A stretch of 64,000 nucleotides of DNA, from the IMG/VR virus record IMGVR_UViG_3300014204_000110, one strand, 5' to 3'. Numbering within the stretch: the first letter of the stretch is position 1; every line of letters starts with the position of its first letter. A model generated the notes under the pieces. It was not told the origin of the DNA. It saw nothing but the letters and a program-made list of their open reading frames with translations, and searched no databases. This document shows, piece after piece, positions 30,204 to 40,100 of the stretch. Made by a program: the position numbers and the translations under genes. This stretch comes from a virus. Lineage: Duplodnaviria > Caudoviricetes.

Positions 30204-30777
30204 AAAAGCAATTTTAGAAAAGTTTAGATTTAGAGGAACTAGAGATAATATGCCAATGTCCTCACCTAAAGGAACAAGAGAAACATTAGCAGAATTACTT
30301 GAGGAACTTGATTTTAATAAAGGAATCGAGGTAGGATCTAGAAAAGGTCACTATGCAATGGTATTATGTCAGAAAAATCCTAAGTTAGAATTAACTTGTA
30401 TTGATCCTTGGAAAGCTTATAGTCATTTAACACAAGAAAAACAAGATGAAATATTTGAAGAATGGAAAAAGAATATGCAACCATTTAATGCTAAATTTAT
30501 AAGAAAATATAGTATGGATGCATTGATTGATTTTGAAGATAGATCTCTTGATTTTGCTTTTATAGATGGTAATCATGAATTTGATTATGCTGCACCTGAT
30601 ATTATTTTTTGGGCAAAAAAAGTAAAAGTTGGTGGAATTTTTGCAGTACATGATTATTATAATTTTTATAGATCTGGTGTTATTAAAGCAGTAGATGCAT
30701 ATACACATTGTAATAGAATTAAAGAATGGTATTGTACTCAAGAAAAAACACCAATAGCATTTTGGATTAATATATGA
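30193..30777 (+). CDS. class I SAM-dependent methyltransferase (Methyltransf_24-like)
   Basis: GIEVGSRKG, CIDPW, LDFAFIDGNHEFD, KVKVGGIFAVHDY. Confidence 0.85.
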   Translation: MDVRKAILEKFRFRGTRDNMPMSSPKGTRETLAELLEELDFNKGIEVGSRKGHYAMVLCQKNPKLELTCIDPWKAYSHLTQEKQDEIFEEWKKNMQPFNAKFIRKYSMDALIDFEDRSLDFAFIDGNHEFDYAAPDIIFWAKKVKVGGIFAVHDYYNFYRSGVIKAVDAYTHCNRIKEWYCTQEKTPIAFWINI

Positions 30778-31283
30778 GAAATGAAGATATAAGATTGCGT
30801 AATAGTTTAAATGTTGGAAGTCATCTTCCAGTTTTAATGAAATTATTTTCTATTACTGATGGACCAATAGTTGAATATGGTGGAGGAATAAATTCTACTA
30901 TATTTTTTCATTGGGCGTGTTTTTCAACAGAAAGAAAATTGCTGACTCTAGAGAGTGATTGGATAAATCATAAACTATTAAGAAAATTTAGAACCGATTG
31001 GCATCAATGTCAATTTGTTAGACATTGGAATGATGCAATTGTTGAAGATAATTATTCACTAGTTTTTATAGATCATAACCCAGCTGCTCAAAGGCATGTG
31101 GATGTTAAAAAACATATAAATGCTGAATATGTTGTACTTCATGATTCTGAACCAGATAAAAATAATATTTATTTTTATGATCGAATTTATCCTTTATTTA
31201 AATATAAACTTGATTATACAAAATCTTGGCCTAATACAACAATATTAAGCAATGTTCATAGATTAAATAAATTGAAAATATGA
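30774..31283 (+). CDS. SAM-dependent methyltransferase-like protein
   Basis: IVEYGGGINST, LTLES, LVFIDH, VVLHDSE. Confidence 0.7.
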   Translation: MRNEDIRLRNSLNVGSHLPVLMKLFSITDGPIVEYGGGINSTIFFHWACFSTERKLLTLESDWINHKLLRKFRTDWHQCQFVRHWNDAIVEDNYSLVFIDHNPAAQRHVDVKKHINAEYVVLHDSEPDKNNIYFYDRIYPLFKYKLDYTKSWPNTTILSNVHRLNKLKI

Positions 31284-31867
31284 TTCCGAAAGTTATCAAT
31301 CAAGTTTGGCTTTATCCACCTATAGATAATAAATATCTTAATTGGTCTAAAACGTTTGATATATCTGGATTTAAACATAAAATTTGGGAATTACAAGATT
31401 GTTTAAATTTATTAAGTCCTGAAACAGTAAGTATTATAGAAGATCCAAATGTGCATTGGATATATAAGGCTACTTTTGCAAGATATGATATTTTAAGACT
31501 ATTTGGAGGTTTTTATGCTGATATGGATATGGAATGTATAAAGTCTTTCGAAGATTTATGCAATCAAGATTTTATATGCGTAAAACAAAATGATAGAGAA
31601 ATATCAGATGCTTTTATAGGATGTTCTAAAAATAATAGTATTATAGATAGAGTTTATCAAAAAGCTTTATATAATTTTAATAATCTTAAAAATAAAAGTT
31701 CCAAACGTTGGATTCTAGAAACTGCAAGCGTATTTATGATAACAAAAGAATTAACAGATCAAATTCCATTAGAACAAGAATATTTTTGTCCTATCTGGAA
31801 AGGTCGAGGAAAAGTTACAGATAAAACATATTGTATTCACCATTATACAAGGTCATGGAAAAGATGA
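31280..31867 (+). CDS. GT32 (OCH1/Gly_transf_sug, DXD) glycosyltransferase
   Basis: MIPKVINQVW, RYDILRLFGGFYADMDMEC, YCIHHYTRSW. Confidence 0.85.
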   Translation: MIPKVINQVWLYPPIDNKYLNWSKTFDISGFKHKIWELQDCLNLLSPETVSIIEDPNVHWIYKATFARYDILRLFGGFYADMDMECIKSFEDLCNQDFICVKQNDREISDAFIGCSKNNSIIDRVYQKALYNFNNLKNKSSKRWILETASVFMITKELTDQIPLEQEYFCPIWKGRGKVTDKTYCIHHYTRSWKR

Positions 31868-32565
31868 TAAAACTATCAATAATTCATCCTGTACTTAATA
31901 GTCACGAAGTTGTAAGACGACAATTGCTTCATTATGAAAAACAAAATTTACCTGATGAAGTAGAGATTATTATAGTAGATGATGATAGCGATCCTCCATT
32001 AATTAATAATGGATTAAAAAACTTATCCATTTATTATACCCATGACCCAAGACCTTGGACTTGGCCTATTGCAAGAAATCTTGGAGCGAAGATGGCTAAA
32101 GGTGAATTACTATTCTTTGCTGACATTGATTATATAATCCCAAGAGAAGCAGTTTTAATGGGATTAGGACTTAAAGAAGATAGAATGAATGTGCGTAGAG
32201 AATTTGGAGTTCTCGATGAAAATGGTAATTTAACACAAGACTTAGATGTATTAAGACAATATGGATTACTCGAAGGCCGCATACAAAGTAAAGGTGTGAA
32301 TGTATCTGCCCATACAAATACATTTATAATGAAAAAAGACGTATTTTTTAAAATGAATGGTTATAGAACAGATCGAATAGGTAAACCTTACCCACAAAGA
32401 GAAGATGGTGATTTTGATCGAGATTGGTTGAAACGATATGAAAAAGGTGAAGTAAACAGAACTCATGATAGGCCAACTGTTTATATGTTTCCAAACGGTA
32501 AGTTCTGTGGAGATTTAGATTATAATCCTTTTGGACTTTTTCATACAACGAGTAGGAAGAATTAA
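31864..32565 (+). CDS. GT2 glycosyltransferase with GT7-C-like C-terminus
   Basis: LSIIHPV, EIIIVDDDS, ARNLGA, LFFADID, FFKMNGY, REDGDF. Start 31864 inferred from ATGA coupling. Confidence 0.8.
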   Translation: MIKLSIIHPVLNSHEVVRRQLLHYEKQNLPDEVEIIIVDDDSDPPLINNGLKNLSIYYTHDPRPWTWPIARNLGAKMAKGELLFFADIDYIIPREAVLMGLGLKEDRMNVRREFGVLDENGNLTQDLDVLRQYGLLEGRIQSKGVNVSAHTNTFIMKKDVFFKMNGYRTDRIGKPYPQREDGDFDRDWLKRYEKGEVNRTHDRPTVYMFPNGKFCGDLDYNPFGLFHTTSRKN

Positions 32566-34497
32566 ATGTTTAAAAATTTAATTAGAATAATTATATTAAT
32601 AACTTTAAGTAGTTTTAATATTAATGCCACCAGATACTATGTGGACAATGCTGCCGCTAATGATGCAGGAACTGGTGCAGTAGGCAGTCCTAAAAAATAT
32701 ATTCCATCTGGCATTGCTTTATTATCGGCTTCTGGTGGAGATACTGTTGTTGTTAAAGATGGGACGTATTCAGGTACAAGTAATCTAATTAATACATTCG
32801 TAAATGGTGTATCTGGAGCGTATAATACTTTAATGGCCGAAAATAGTGGAGGAGTTATATCTACTGCGGGACTTCAATTTGTTAGGTCTACTTCTCCATA
32901 TAGTTTTCAACAGTATATAATAATAAAAGGAATTAAATTTAGTAATTCTGCACCTAAACAAGTACAAGGTCAACGTATAAAATTCTTTGAATGTGCTTTT
33001 CAAGGTGGTGCAGCAACTGACAATACCTCTACTGTAGAAGTTGGCACCGATAACTACAATGATACTAGGTATATTTTGTTTGAAGATTGTTGGGCTTATG
33101 GTAGTGGAGGAAGATATAATTTTGAAATTTTCAATTCGGATACAATAGTAATGCGAAGAGTTGTAATTCGACATGATGGTGGCTGGACTGATTCGAAAGG
33201 TGATCCTGAAGCTGGGATTGCAAACTATAATAGTAGTTGTTGTGAGTATCAAAACTGTATAGTTATAGACTGCGATCAGACATATCACACTTGGGGCAGG
33301 GCAGTATATACTATTTTTAATACATATTCAGAAGGAGCTGGTGGTATTCCACATCCAACTAATAATGTAAATTATAGAGGTTGTATAATTTTGAATGTGG
33401 ATGGTTCTGGATTTGAAAGCGATGGTGATGGAGCATCTCCACATCCAGCTACTGATATTATATCAAATTACTATGATGTAGTATGTTGGAATTCGTTTGC
33501 AGGAGGTTTTTCTGGAGGTTCTACTGGTGGAACTACAATACTTACATTAAATCGATGTACTTTCGGTGGGTCAGATAATTCAGGGGGTTGGACATCAGGT
33601 TTTGATAAGTGGGATAATGGATCTTTTACAATCACTAATACAATCTGTACAGGATATGATGGTATAGACTTCTCTTCTGAATGTGCAGCAAGTTATTGTA
33701 ACACATATAATAACTCTGATAATGGGACATGTTCTAATTGTCAAACATATAGTCCTTTCACTAACGGTTTACTATATCCTATTAGAATTGAAGCAGGTAG
33801 TAATTTATTATCAGCTGGTCAATCTGGAGGACAAATTGGTGCTACTATAGTTAAAAGAATGGGAACATCTGGAACCTTATGGGGAGAGAGTGGATATAAT
33901 ACTTTATCTGATGTAGATTTATGGCCGTGGCCCAATGAAGCAAGAATAAAAGCAGATATGGCTGCGGTAAGTGCAAGAGGGTTTTGTACAGGTAATTCAA
34001 TGAATGGACAAGCACAATCACTGACTAAATACATTTGGGAATATGCTGGAAATGAAGCTCCTTCATTCGGTTCTACTCCTGTAAAAGTAACTTGGGTAGG
34101 GGGTACTTCCACCAATGCTGCTTTAGCTGCTAATTACTCTCCAGCTCAAGCGCCTACCTCCATCGATACCATCTTACTTAATACTGGATCTGTTGATTTT
34201 GTAGTAGGGTCTGTTATTAATGTTGCGTATGTAAGTCAAGTCACCGGCTATACTGGAACTTTTACCGTAAATGATACATTGAAAACTAATTATTTAGGGC
34301 TTGGCACATGTGCGGCAAGTTTTAATGCGCCTTGTGTTATAAAAGATTCTGTTGTTTATGCAACTGCTTCTACCCCCACTGGAAATGCGGGAAGCAAGAT
34401 AATATCTGTTGCTGGTAGTACGTTGAGAGTTAGGTTGAATGGTAATGTAGGAACACCGAGAGTAGTGATGACTTCAGGTAGTAAAATTAAATGGTAG
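32566..34497 (+). CDS. signal-peptide-bearing parallel beta-helix protein (pectin-lyase-like) with conserved C-terminal module
   Basis: MFKNLIRIIILITLSSFNINA|TRYYVD; GDTVVVKDGTY; paralogue of 35192..37087. Confidence 0.7.
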   Translation: MFKNLIRIIILITLSSFNINATRYYVDNAAANDAGTGAVGSPKKYIPSGIALLSASGGDTVVVKDGTYSGTSNLINTFVNGVSGAYNTLMAENSGGVISTAGLQFVRSTSPYSFQQYIIIKGIKFSNSAPKQVQGQRIKFFECAFQGGAATDNTSTVEVGTDNYNDTRYILFEDCWAYGSGGRYNFEIFNSDTIVMRRVVIRHDGGWTDSKGDPEAGIANYNSSCCEYQNCIVIDCDQTYHTWGRAVYTIFNTYSEGAGGIPHPTNNVNYRGCIILNVDGSGFESDGDGASPHPATDIISNYYDVVCWNSFAGGFSGGSTGGTTILTLNRCTFGGSDNSGGWTSGFDKWDNGSFTITNTICTGYDGIDFSSECAASYCNTYNNSDNGTCSNCQTYSPFTNGLLYPIRIEAGSNLLSAGQSGGQIGATIVKRMGTSGTLWGESGYNTLSDVDLWPWPNEARIKADMAAVSARGFCTGNSMNGQAQSLTKYIWEYAGNEAPSFGSTPVKVTWVGGTSTNAALAANYSPAQAPTSIDTILLNTGSVDFVVGSVINVAYVSQVTGYTGTFTVNDTLKTNYLGLGTCAASFNAPCVIKDSVVYATASTPTGNAGSKIISVAGSTLRVRLNGNVGTPRVVMTSGSKIKW

Positions 34498-34512
34498 TTA
34501 AGGAATAATATA
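34051..34512 (+). repeat. direct repeat copy 1 (about 460 bp: C-terminal module, stop and downstream RBS)
   Basis: Gap-free alignment with 36641-37102 at offset 2590; mostly synonymous differences. Confidence 0.95.
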
Positions 34513-35195
34513 TGGCACATGAAATAGCAGTATCAATTGAAACTTTACCTTCAACTATCTCAATCGATAAAAAAGGTAAACGGCATATTACGCACAGAAG
34601 AAGTGGGGACATTGTTGCTCCAATATCAGACTTTAAAAAGGTAGAAAAATGGCTTGAGATAGTTTGTTCTTTCGGAAATCCAAAACACCCAAATCATGAG
34701 TTAATTTTTGATGGTTTAGTTAATAACTGCGATTGGAAGAAGAATAAACATGTAGATGGTGCAAAGGGTATCTGGAGTAAAGAGCTACAAGATAAATGGT
34801 TTGAAGCTGATTGTAAATCTTCTACAGAATATGATCGAATAGCTAACTTGACACGTCTATGGAATAGCGAAATCAAACAGACTATCGGTTGGATAGATCA
34901 TATGGGTAAGGAACCTAACGGTGTTGAAGATTTAGTTAATACTTGGCAATGGAGTAAACACGAAAAGTCAAACTTTTATGTAGTTGTTAATAGTGATGCA
35001 AATGAACAAGAGATGAAGGAATTATCAAATCGAGATATTAGTGACAGTACAGACGTAAGAGAAATTAGAAGGAAAAATATCGATTGGGAATCAGATTTGT
35101 TATTATCGAATAGTAAAAAAAATAATATTAAAAATAGAAATACTGTTGTACACCCCGACTTTTCTAACCCTATGTCTAAGGTTAAAATATCATGA
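34512..35195 (+). CDS. hypothetical protein (possible fibre-associated chaperone)
   Basis: 227-aa ORF with AAGGA RBS between the two beta-helix genes. Confidence 0.55.
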   Translation: MAHEIAVSIETLPSTISIDKKGKRHITHRRSGDIVAPISDFKKVEKWLEIVCSFGNPKHPNHELIFDGLVNNCDWKKNKHVDGAKGIWSKELQDKWFEADCKSSTEYDRIANLTRLWNSEIKQTIGWIDHMGKEPNGVEDLVNTWQWSKHEKSNFYVVVNSDANEQEMKELSNRDISDSTDVREIRRKNIDWESDLLLSNSKKNNIKNRNTVVHPDFSNPMSKVKIS

Positions 35196-37087
35196 AAATT
35201 TTACAAACTTTTTTCCTGTTGCTGTTCTTTCTGGTGTCGATTGCGGATGCTGCGATACGGTACATCTCCCCCACCGGAAGCAACGCTGCTGCCGGAACAA
35301 CTGGTGCTCCATGGAGGACGTTTGAATACGCATTCGGTGAGATTTCTGGTGGAGACACCTTGTATTTAAAGCCCGGCACATACTCAGAGGCTGCGGGGAC
35401 CGGATACATATCGTGGGAAGGTACCGGATCTGGTCAACCACCATCCGGGGTATCGCGCACGCACATGACGCTCGTTGCGGCCACGGTAGAGGATTCAACC
35501 TTTGTTACCGGAGTATTGTTTTTAGGGAGATCCGACAGAAAAGACACCTGTATTTACGTAAGGGGAATAACGTTTAACGGGGGCGTGCATCTTTACAATA
35601 ACCGGCATTGTGTGGTTAAAAATTGCGGTGGTTATAATACATTGGAGAACGGTGGGGTAGTTTTTGAGATATCTCCTGACGGAGATCACCAAATGGGATG
35701 TACCAACAATTTGATCGAAGACTGTTGGGCGTGGGGGCAAAATAGGGGAATTGCATTAGATTACATAGCGGATAGTAATACGTGGCGCAGGGTTGTAATA
35801 CGCGGCGATGGATGCAACAGTGCCGCGTGTGTAGGGTCTGGAAACCCTAACGTTGGTATATCGTGTTACGCATCAAAGAGAGTTACTTTTCAAAATTTAA
35901 TAATTGTCGATAGAGTGCTTGGCGGTGGTGAGCCGTATGCAAATTTTGCAACAGCGGAGCACGCACAGGGTAATCTTGGACCGCTAAAAGTCCAGGGGTG
36001 CATATCTTTAAACGGCCCGGATGAGGGGTACTATTTCGAGGCTGAAAACGCAAACGACAGTACATTTATAATAGAGAATTCCATTGCGTGGGACATGGCC
36101 GACGACGGATTTAGTTTACAAAATCATGCGTTCCCGCATACGATAATCAGGCGATGCACCTCCGGTTATATAGGTGGCGACAACGCTTTTCGAACCGTTG
36201 AGGTTACAAGTGCGCTACTGGATAATTTACTTTCAATAAACGCGACAACGTACTCGTTTAGCTGTAATATCCAACCTCAGTACGTGTGTGCTTATAATGG
36301 CGGGACATACAATCAAACCACTCCGGCGCATCCGATAACGACAGACCCTGGGATGCGATACATTTGCAGGATAGAATCTAATAGCACTTGTCACGGAACC
36401 GGGTCGAATGGATCTGATATCGGGGCAAATATTTTATACCGATACGGTCTGGACGGTACATTTTTTGGGGAACCTGGGTATGACAGCCTAACCACGATAT
36501 CGTTGTGGCCGTACCCAAATGAGGCCAGAATACGAAGGGATTTTCTACGGTACAATAACGAATCTGACGAATCGCGAGGATTCTGTGATGATGCTGTTGC
36601 GGCGTCATTGACGGAGTACGTTTGGGAATACCAATATAGGAATGAGGCTCCTTCTTTTGGTGGATCTCCTGTTAAAATAACCTGGGTAGGTGGATCTTCG
36701 ACCAATGCTGCTTTAGCTGCTAATTACTCTCCAGCTCAAGCGCCTACTTCAATTGATACAATATTACTTAATACTGGATCTGTTGATTTTGTAGTAGGGT
36801 CTGTTCTTAATGTAGCGTATGTAAGTCAAGTCACTGGATATACTGGAATCGTTACCATTAATGATACATTGAAAACTAATTATTTAGGACTTGGAACATG
36901 TGTAGCGAGTTTTAATGCTCCTTGTGTCATTCGAGATTCTGTTGTTTATGCTTCAGAATCTACACCCACTGGAAATGCAGGAAGTAAGATAATTTCTGTT
37001 TCAGGAAGTACGCTAAGAGTAAGGTTGAATGGTAATGTAGGGACACCAAGAGTAGTGATGACTTCAGGTAGTAAAATTAAATGGTAA
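35192..37087 (+). CDS. signal-peptide-bearing parallel beta-helix protein, paralogue of 32566..34497; GC-rich 5' part
   Basis: MKILQTFFLLLFFLVSIADA|AIRYIS; GDTLYLKPGTY, EDCWAWG, LWPYPNEARI; near-identical C-terminal ~148 aa. Confidence 0.7.
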   Translation: MKILQTFFLLLFFLVSIADAAIRYISPTGSNAAAGTTGAPWRTFEYAFGEISGGDTLYLKPGTYSEAAGTGYISWEGTGSGQPPSGVSRTHMTLVAATVEDSTFVTGVLFLGRSDRKDTCIYVRGITFNGGVHLYNNRHCVVKNCGGYNTLENGGVVFEISPDGDHQMGCTNNLIEDCWAWGQNRGIALDYIADSNTWRRVVIRGDGCNSAACVGSGNPNVGISCYASKRVTFQNLIIVDRVLGGGEPYANFATAEHAQGNLGPLKVQGCISLNGPDEGYYFEAENANDSTFIIENSIAWDMADDGFSLQNHAFPHTIIRRCTSGYIGGDNAFRTVEVTSALLDNLLSINATTYSFSCNIQPQYVCAYNGGTYNQTTPAHPITTDPGMRYICRIESNSTCHGTGSNGSDIGANILYRYGLDGTFFGEPGYDSLTTISLWPYPNEARIRRDFLRYNNESDESRGFCDDAVAASLTEYVWEYQYRNEAPSFGGSPVKITWVGGSSTNAALAANYSPAQAPTSIDTILLNTGSVDFVVGSVLNVAYVSQVTGYTGIVTINDTLKTNYLGLGTCVASFNAPCVIRDSVVYASESTPTGNAGSKIISVSGSTLRVRLNGNVGTPRVVMTSGSKIKW

Positions 37088-37102
37088 CTAAGGAATAATA
37101 TA
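36641..37102 (+). repeat. direct repeat copy 2
   Basis: Matches 34051-34512, including ...AGTAAAATTAAATGGTA and TAAGGAATAATATA. Confidence 0.95.
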
Positions 37103-40100
37103 ATGCCAACATATGATATAGGTACTGGACAGACCTACACTACGATATCTGCGTGGGAAACCGCCAGAGATATATCCCGGACAGAAGATGAGGTCGGCGA
37201 ATGCCTTGCCGAACTCTTTAATGAAAACGTCAACTTTACCGGAGGGACGCCAAACGGATACTGGATGAAGCTGCGTGGCAAGGCTGGAGCGAGGCACGAT
37301 GGCCGTGCTTACGAGGTCAGTAGTGTAGCCTGCGCCCGCATTTACCGCTCTGCAAATGCCACAACAGTAAACGTTGACGTCGGTGGCATAGAAATAGCAT
37401 GGCTTGACATTAAAGGTCCGGGAAACTACACCCAGGACACCATCAGCCGTGCGGGTGACTTAACTGCCGATGGCGATTTCAGGCTACATCATTGTATCAT
37501 ACATAACAACTTTGCAAATAATAACGGCTCTCAGGTAGCCATCACGATGTCGGATGATTCGGAAACGACGAATTACCGAATATATCGAAACCTCGTCTAT
37601 GGCTTCGGTGGTGCTGGCATATTACCGTATCAGATTGGTGGTACTACAAAATACGTCTATGCGTACCATAATACTTGTGCTTTATGTGGGCAAGTATTAG
37701 GTGAAACTGATGCTGGTGGTATTCAGAACAGTATGACAGAAAGTACCGCCTATTTTGAAAATAATGTCTCAGTTGGTCAACTAAATGTAGATTATTATGG
37801 AACAAATTACGGTAGCTGGGACAACAATGCTTCTGAGGATACTACAGGAGATTCTACTGGTGGTCCTGCTCATAATGTAGACCTTAGAAGTCTTAATCCA
37901 AGTGGTTTATTTCAGAACTATACAAGCACTTATGCGTCTATTGATCTACGCACAAAAGTAGATTCTGATTTAATTGGAATGGGTGATACAACTTATTCTA
38001 CTACCGATTTTCCTGAAATAGACATACCAATTACTGGTGGTGATGCTATTACAGGAACATGGGATATAGGAGCAGATCAATATGCAGAGGCTGTAAATAC
38101 CGCAAGTAATTCTCCTTCTACTTCACCATCAAGTAGCGCAAGTAATAGCCCTTCTACTTCACCAAGCCCAAGTAATTCACCAAGTAATTCTTTATCTACA
38201 AGTGCTTCAAATAGTCCTTCTAGTTCAGTTTCAAATTCACTAAGTAACTCACCAAGTACATCTATATCAATTAGTCCTTCTACAAGTGAGTCAAGTTCAC
38301 CATCTCCATCAAATAGTCCATCTACTTCTCCCAGTCCTGGAATTAGTGCTTCTAATTCACCAAGCACATCTTTAAGTAATTCTTTATCAGATAGCCCTTC
38401 TTCTTCGTTATCAAGTTCTATTAGTAGTAGTCCGTCTCCTTCTAATAGTGCAAGTGAATCACCTAGTACATCTTTAAGTGAAAGCCCATCAACAAGTTTA
38501 TCAAGTAGTATTAGTAATTCTTTGTCTAGTAGTCCATCTACTTCTCCAAGTAGTAGTCCACCTGAATTTAGCCTAATATCTTATTCTGATGATTATGATA
38601 ATAATGCTATTCTTTATACACAAGAATTGTTCACTGTTCAAGAAAATGATTTATTAGTTGGTGTATGTATGTGGGAAGAGAGTAGTAGGACACCAATCTT
38701 ACAAGAAAATACTTTAGCTTATAATTTTACAATGTTAGATGTTATTACAAATGCTAACAGTACAAATGTAAGATTTGGTTATCATGTTGTAACTTCTGCG
38801 GAGGCTGGAACTGGGATTAGATATAGAGCAGATTATGGTTCTATTACATCATTAGCCACAATTTCTGTTTATTTATTTAGACCAACTTCAGGTATCCCAG
38901 AAATAGAAGTGTTTGGTTCTGGAATTGGAACTGGAACATCTCCACAAACCAATAGTATATCTACAGCAGGGCCTTCTGTAATTGTAGCTGCATTAGATTG
39001 TTATGGCGGAGGAGTTAGTAATCAACAAATTAATTTAACTACTCCTGATACAATTTATACTTTAAGTTCAGATGAATCTACTTTTTATACAACTGAAACT
39101 TCTCTTTTATCCAATATTTATGCATCTGCTACATGCTCTAATGATGCGTGGGCAATGGGAATTATTGCTTTTAAAGTTTCTTCGGGAGGAAGTAGCGCCT
39201 CAAGTTCACCATCTACTAGTGAATCAAGTTCACCGAGTCCTAGTACATCCGTATCAAACAGTGTATCAAGTAGTTTATCAAATAGTGCCAGTGAATCTCC
39301 ATCAAGTTCATTAAGTAATTCATTATCAGATAGCCCGAGTAGTAGCGAATCCTCTTCTATTTCAAATAGTCCATCACCAAGTTTATCACCTTCTAATAGT
39401 GCATCTGATTCTCCAAGTAATAGCGAATCAAGTTCTCCTTCTTCGAGTATAAGTTCAAGTATATCAAGCAGTGTTAGTAATTCACCATCAACATCTCCTA
39501 GTCCTTCAAATTCACCAAGTTCATCTATAAGTAGTTCTATTTCTAACAGTGCTAGTACAAGTCCTAGTTATAGTTTATCTAATAGTCCAAGTACCTCTAT
39601 TTCTAATTCAAGTAGTAATAGTCCATCACCTAGTAATTCATTATCAAGTTCAGTATCATCAAGTCTTTCAACAAGTCCTTCTACTTCATTAAGCAATAGT
39701 ATTTCTAATTCACTTTCTTCGAGTATATCTTCGTCTCCAAGTAATAGTCCTAGTCCAAGCAATAGTCCATCTATTTCAGAATCGAATAGTCCTTCTACGT
39801 CTATTAGTAATAGTGCTTCAAGTTCCCCTTCGAGTTCACCTAGTCCAAGCAATTCTTTAAGCAATAGTCCATCTTTAAGTCCAAGTATTTCGTTGAGTAA
39901 TTCACCATCTACTTCGCCTTCTCCATCAAGTTCTGTTTCTAATTCACCAAGTCCAGGAAATAGTGCTAGTAACAGTCCATCTAGTTCAGAATCTAATTCA
40001 CCAAGTAATTCTTTAAGTACATCTATATCAAATAGTGCTTCAAATTCACCATCGCCAAGTAACAGTCCTTCTACCTCGTTGAGTAGTTCTATTTCTAATA

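Noticed and set aside
28392-32565. DNA hypermodification glycosyltransferases
   Set aside because: No hydroxymethylase or nucleotide-modifying genes nearby; the location in the tail operon and the GT27/GT32-like motifs favour protein or glycan acceptors. Not formally excluded.
34051-37102. DGR template/variable repeat pair
   Set aside because: Differences are mostly synonymous third-position changes of all base types rather than adenine-specific; both copies are coding, and no reverse transcriptase is in the window.
35182-37297. Cluster of minus-strand ORFs in the GC-rich patch
   Set aside because: Expected from fewer stop codons at higher GC; the + strand gene has a clear paralogue.
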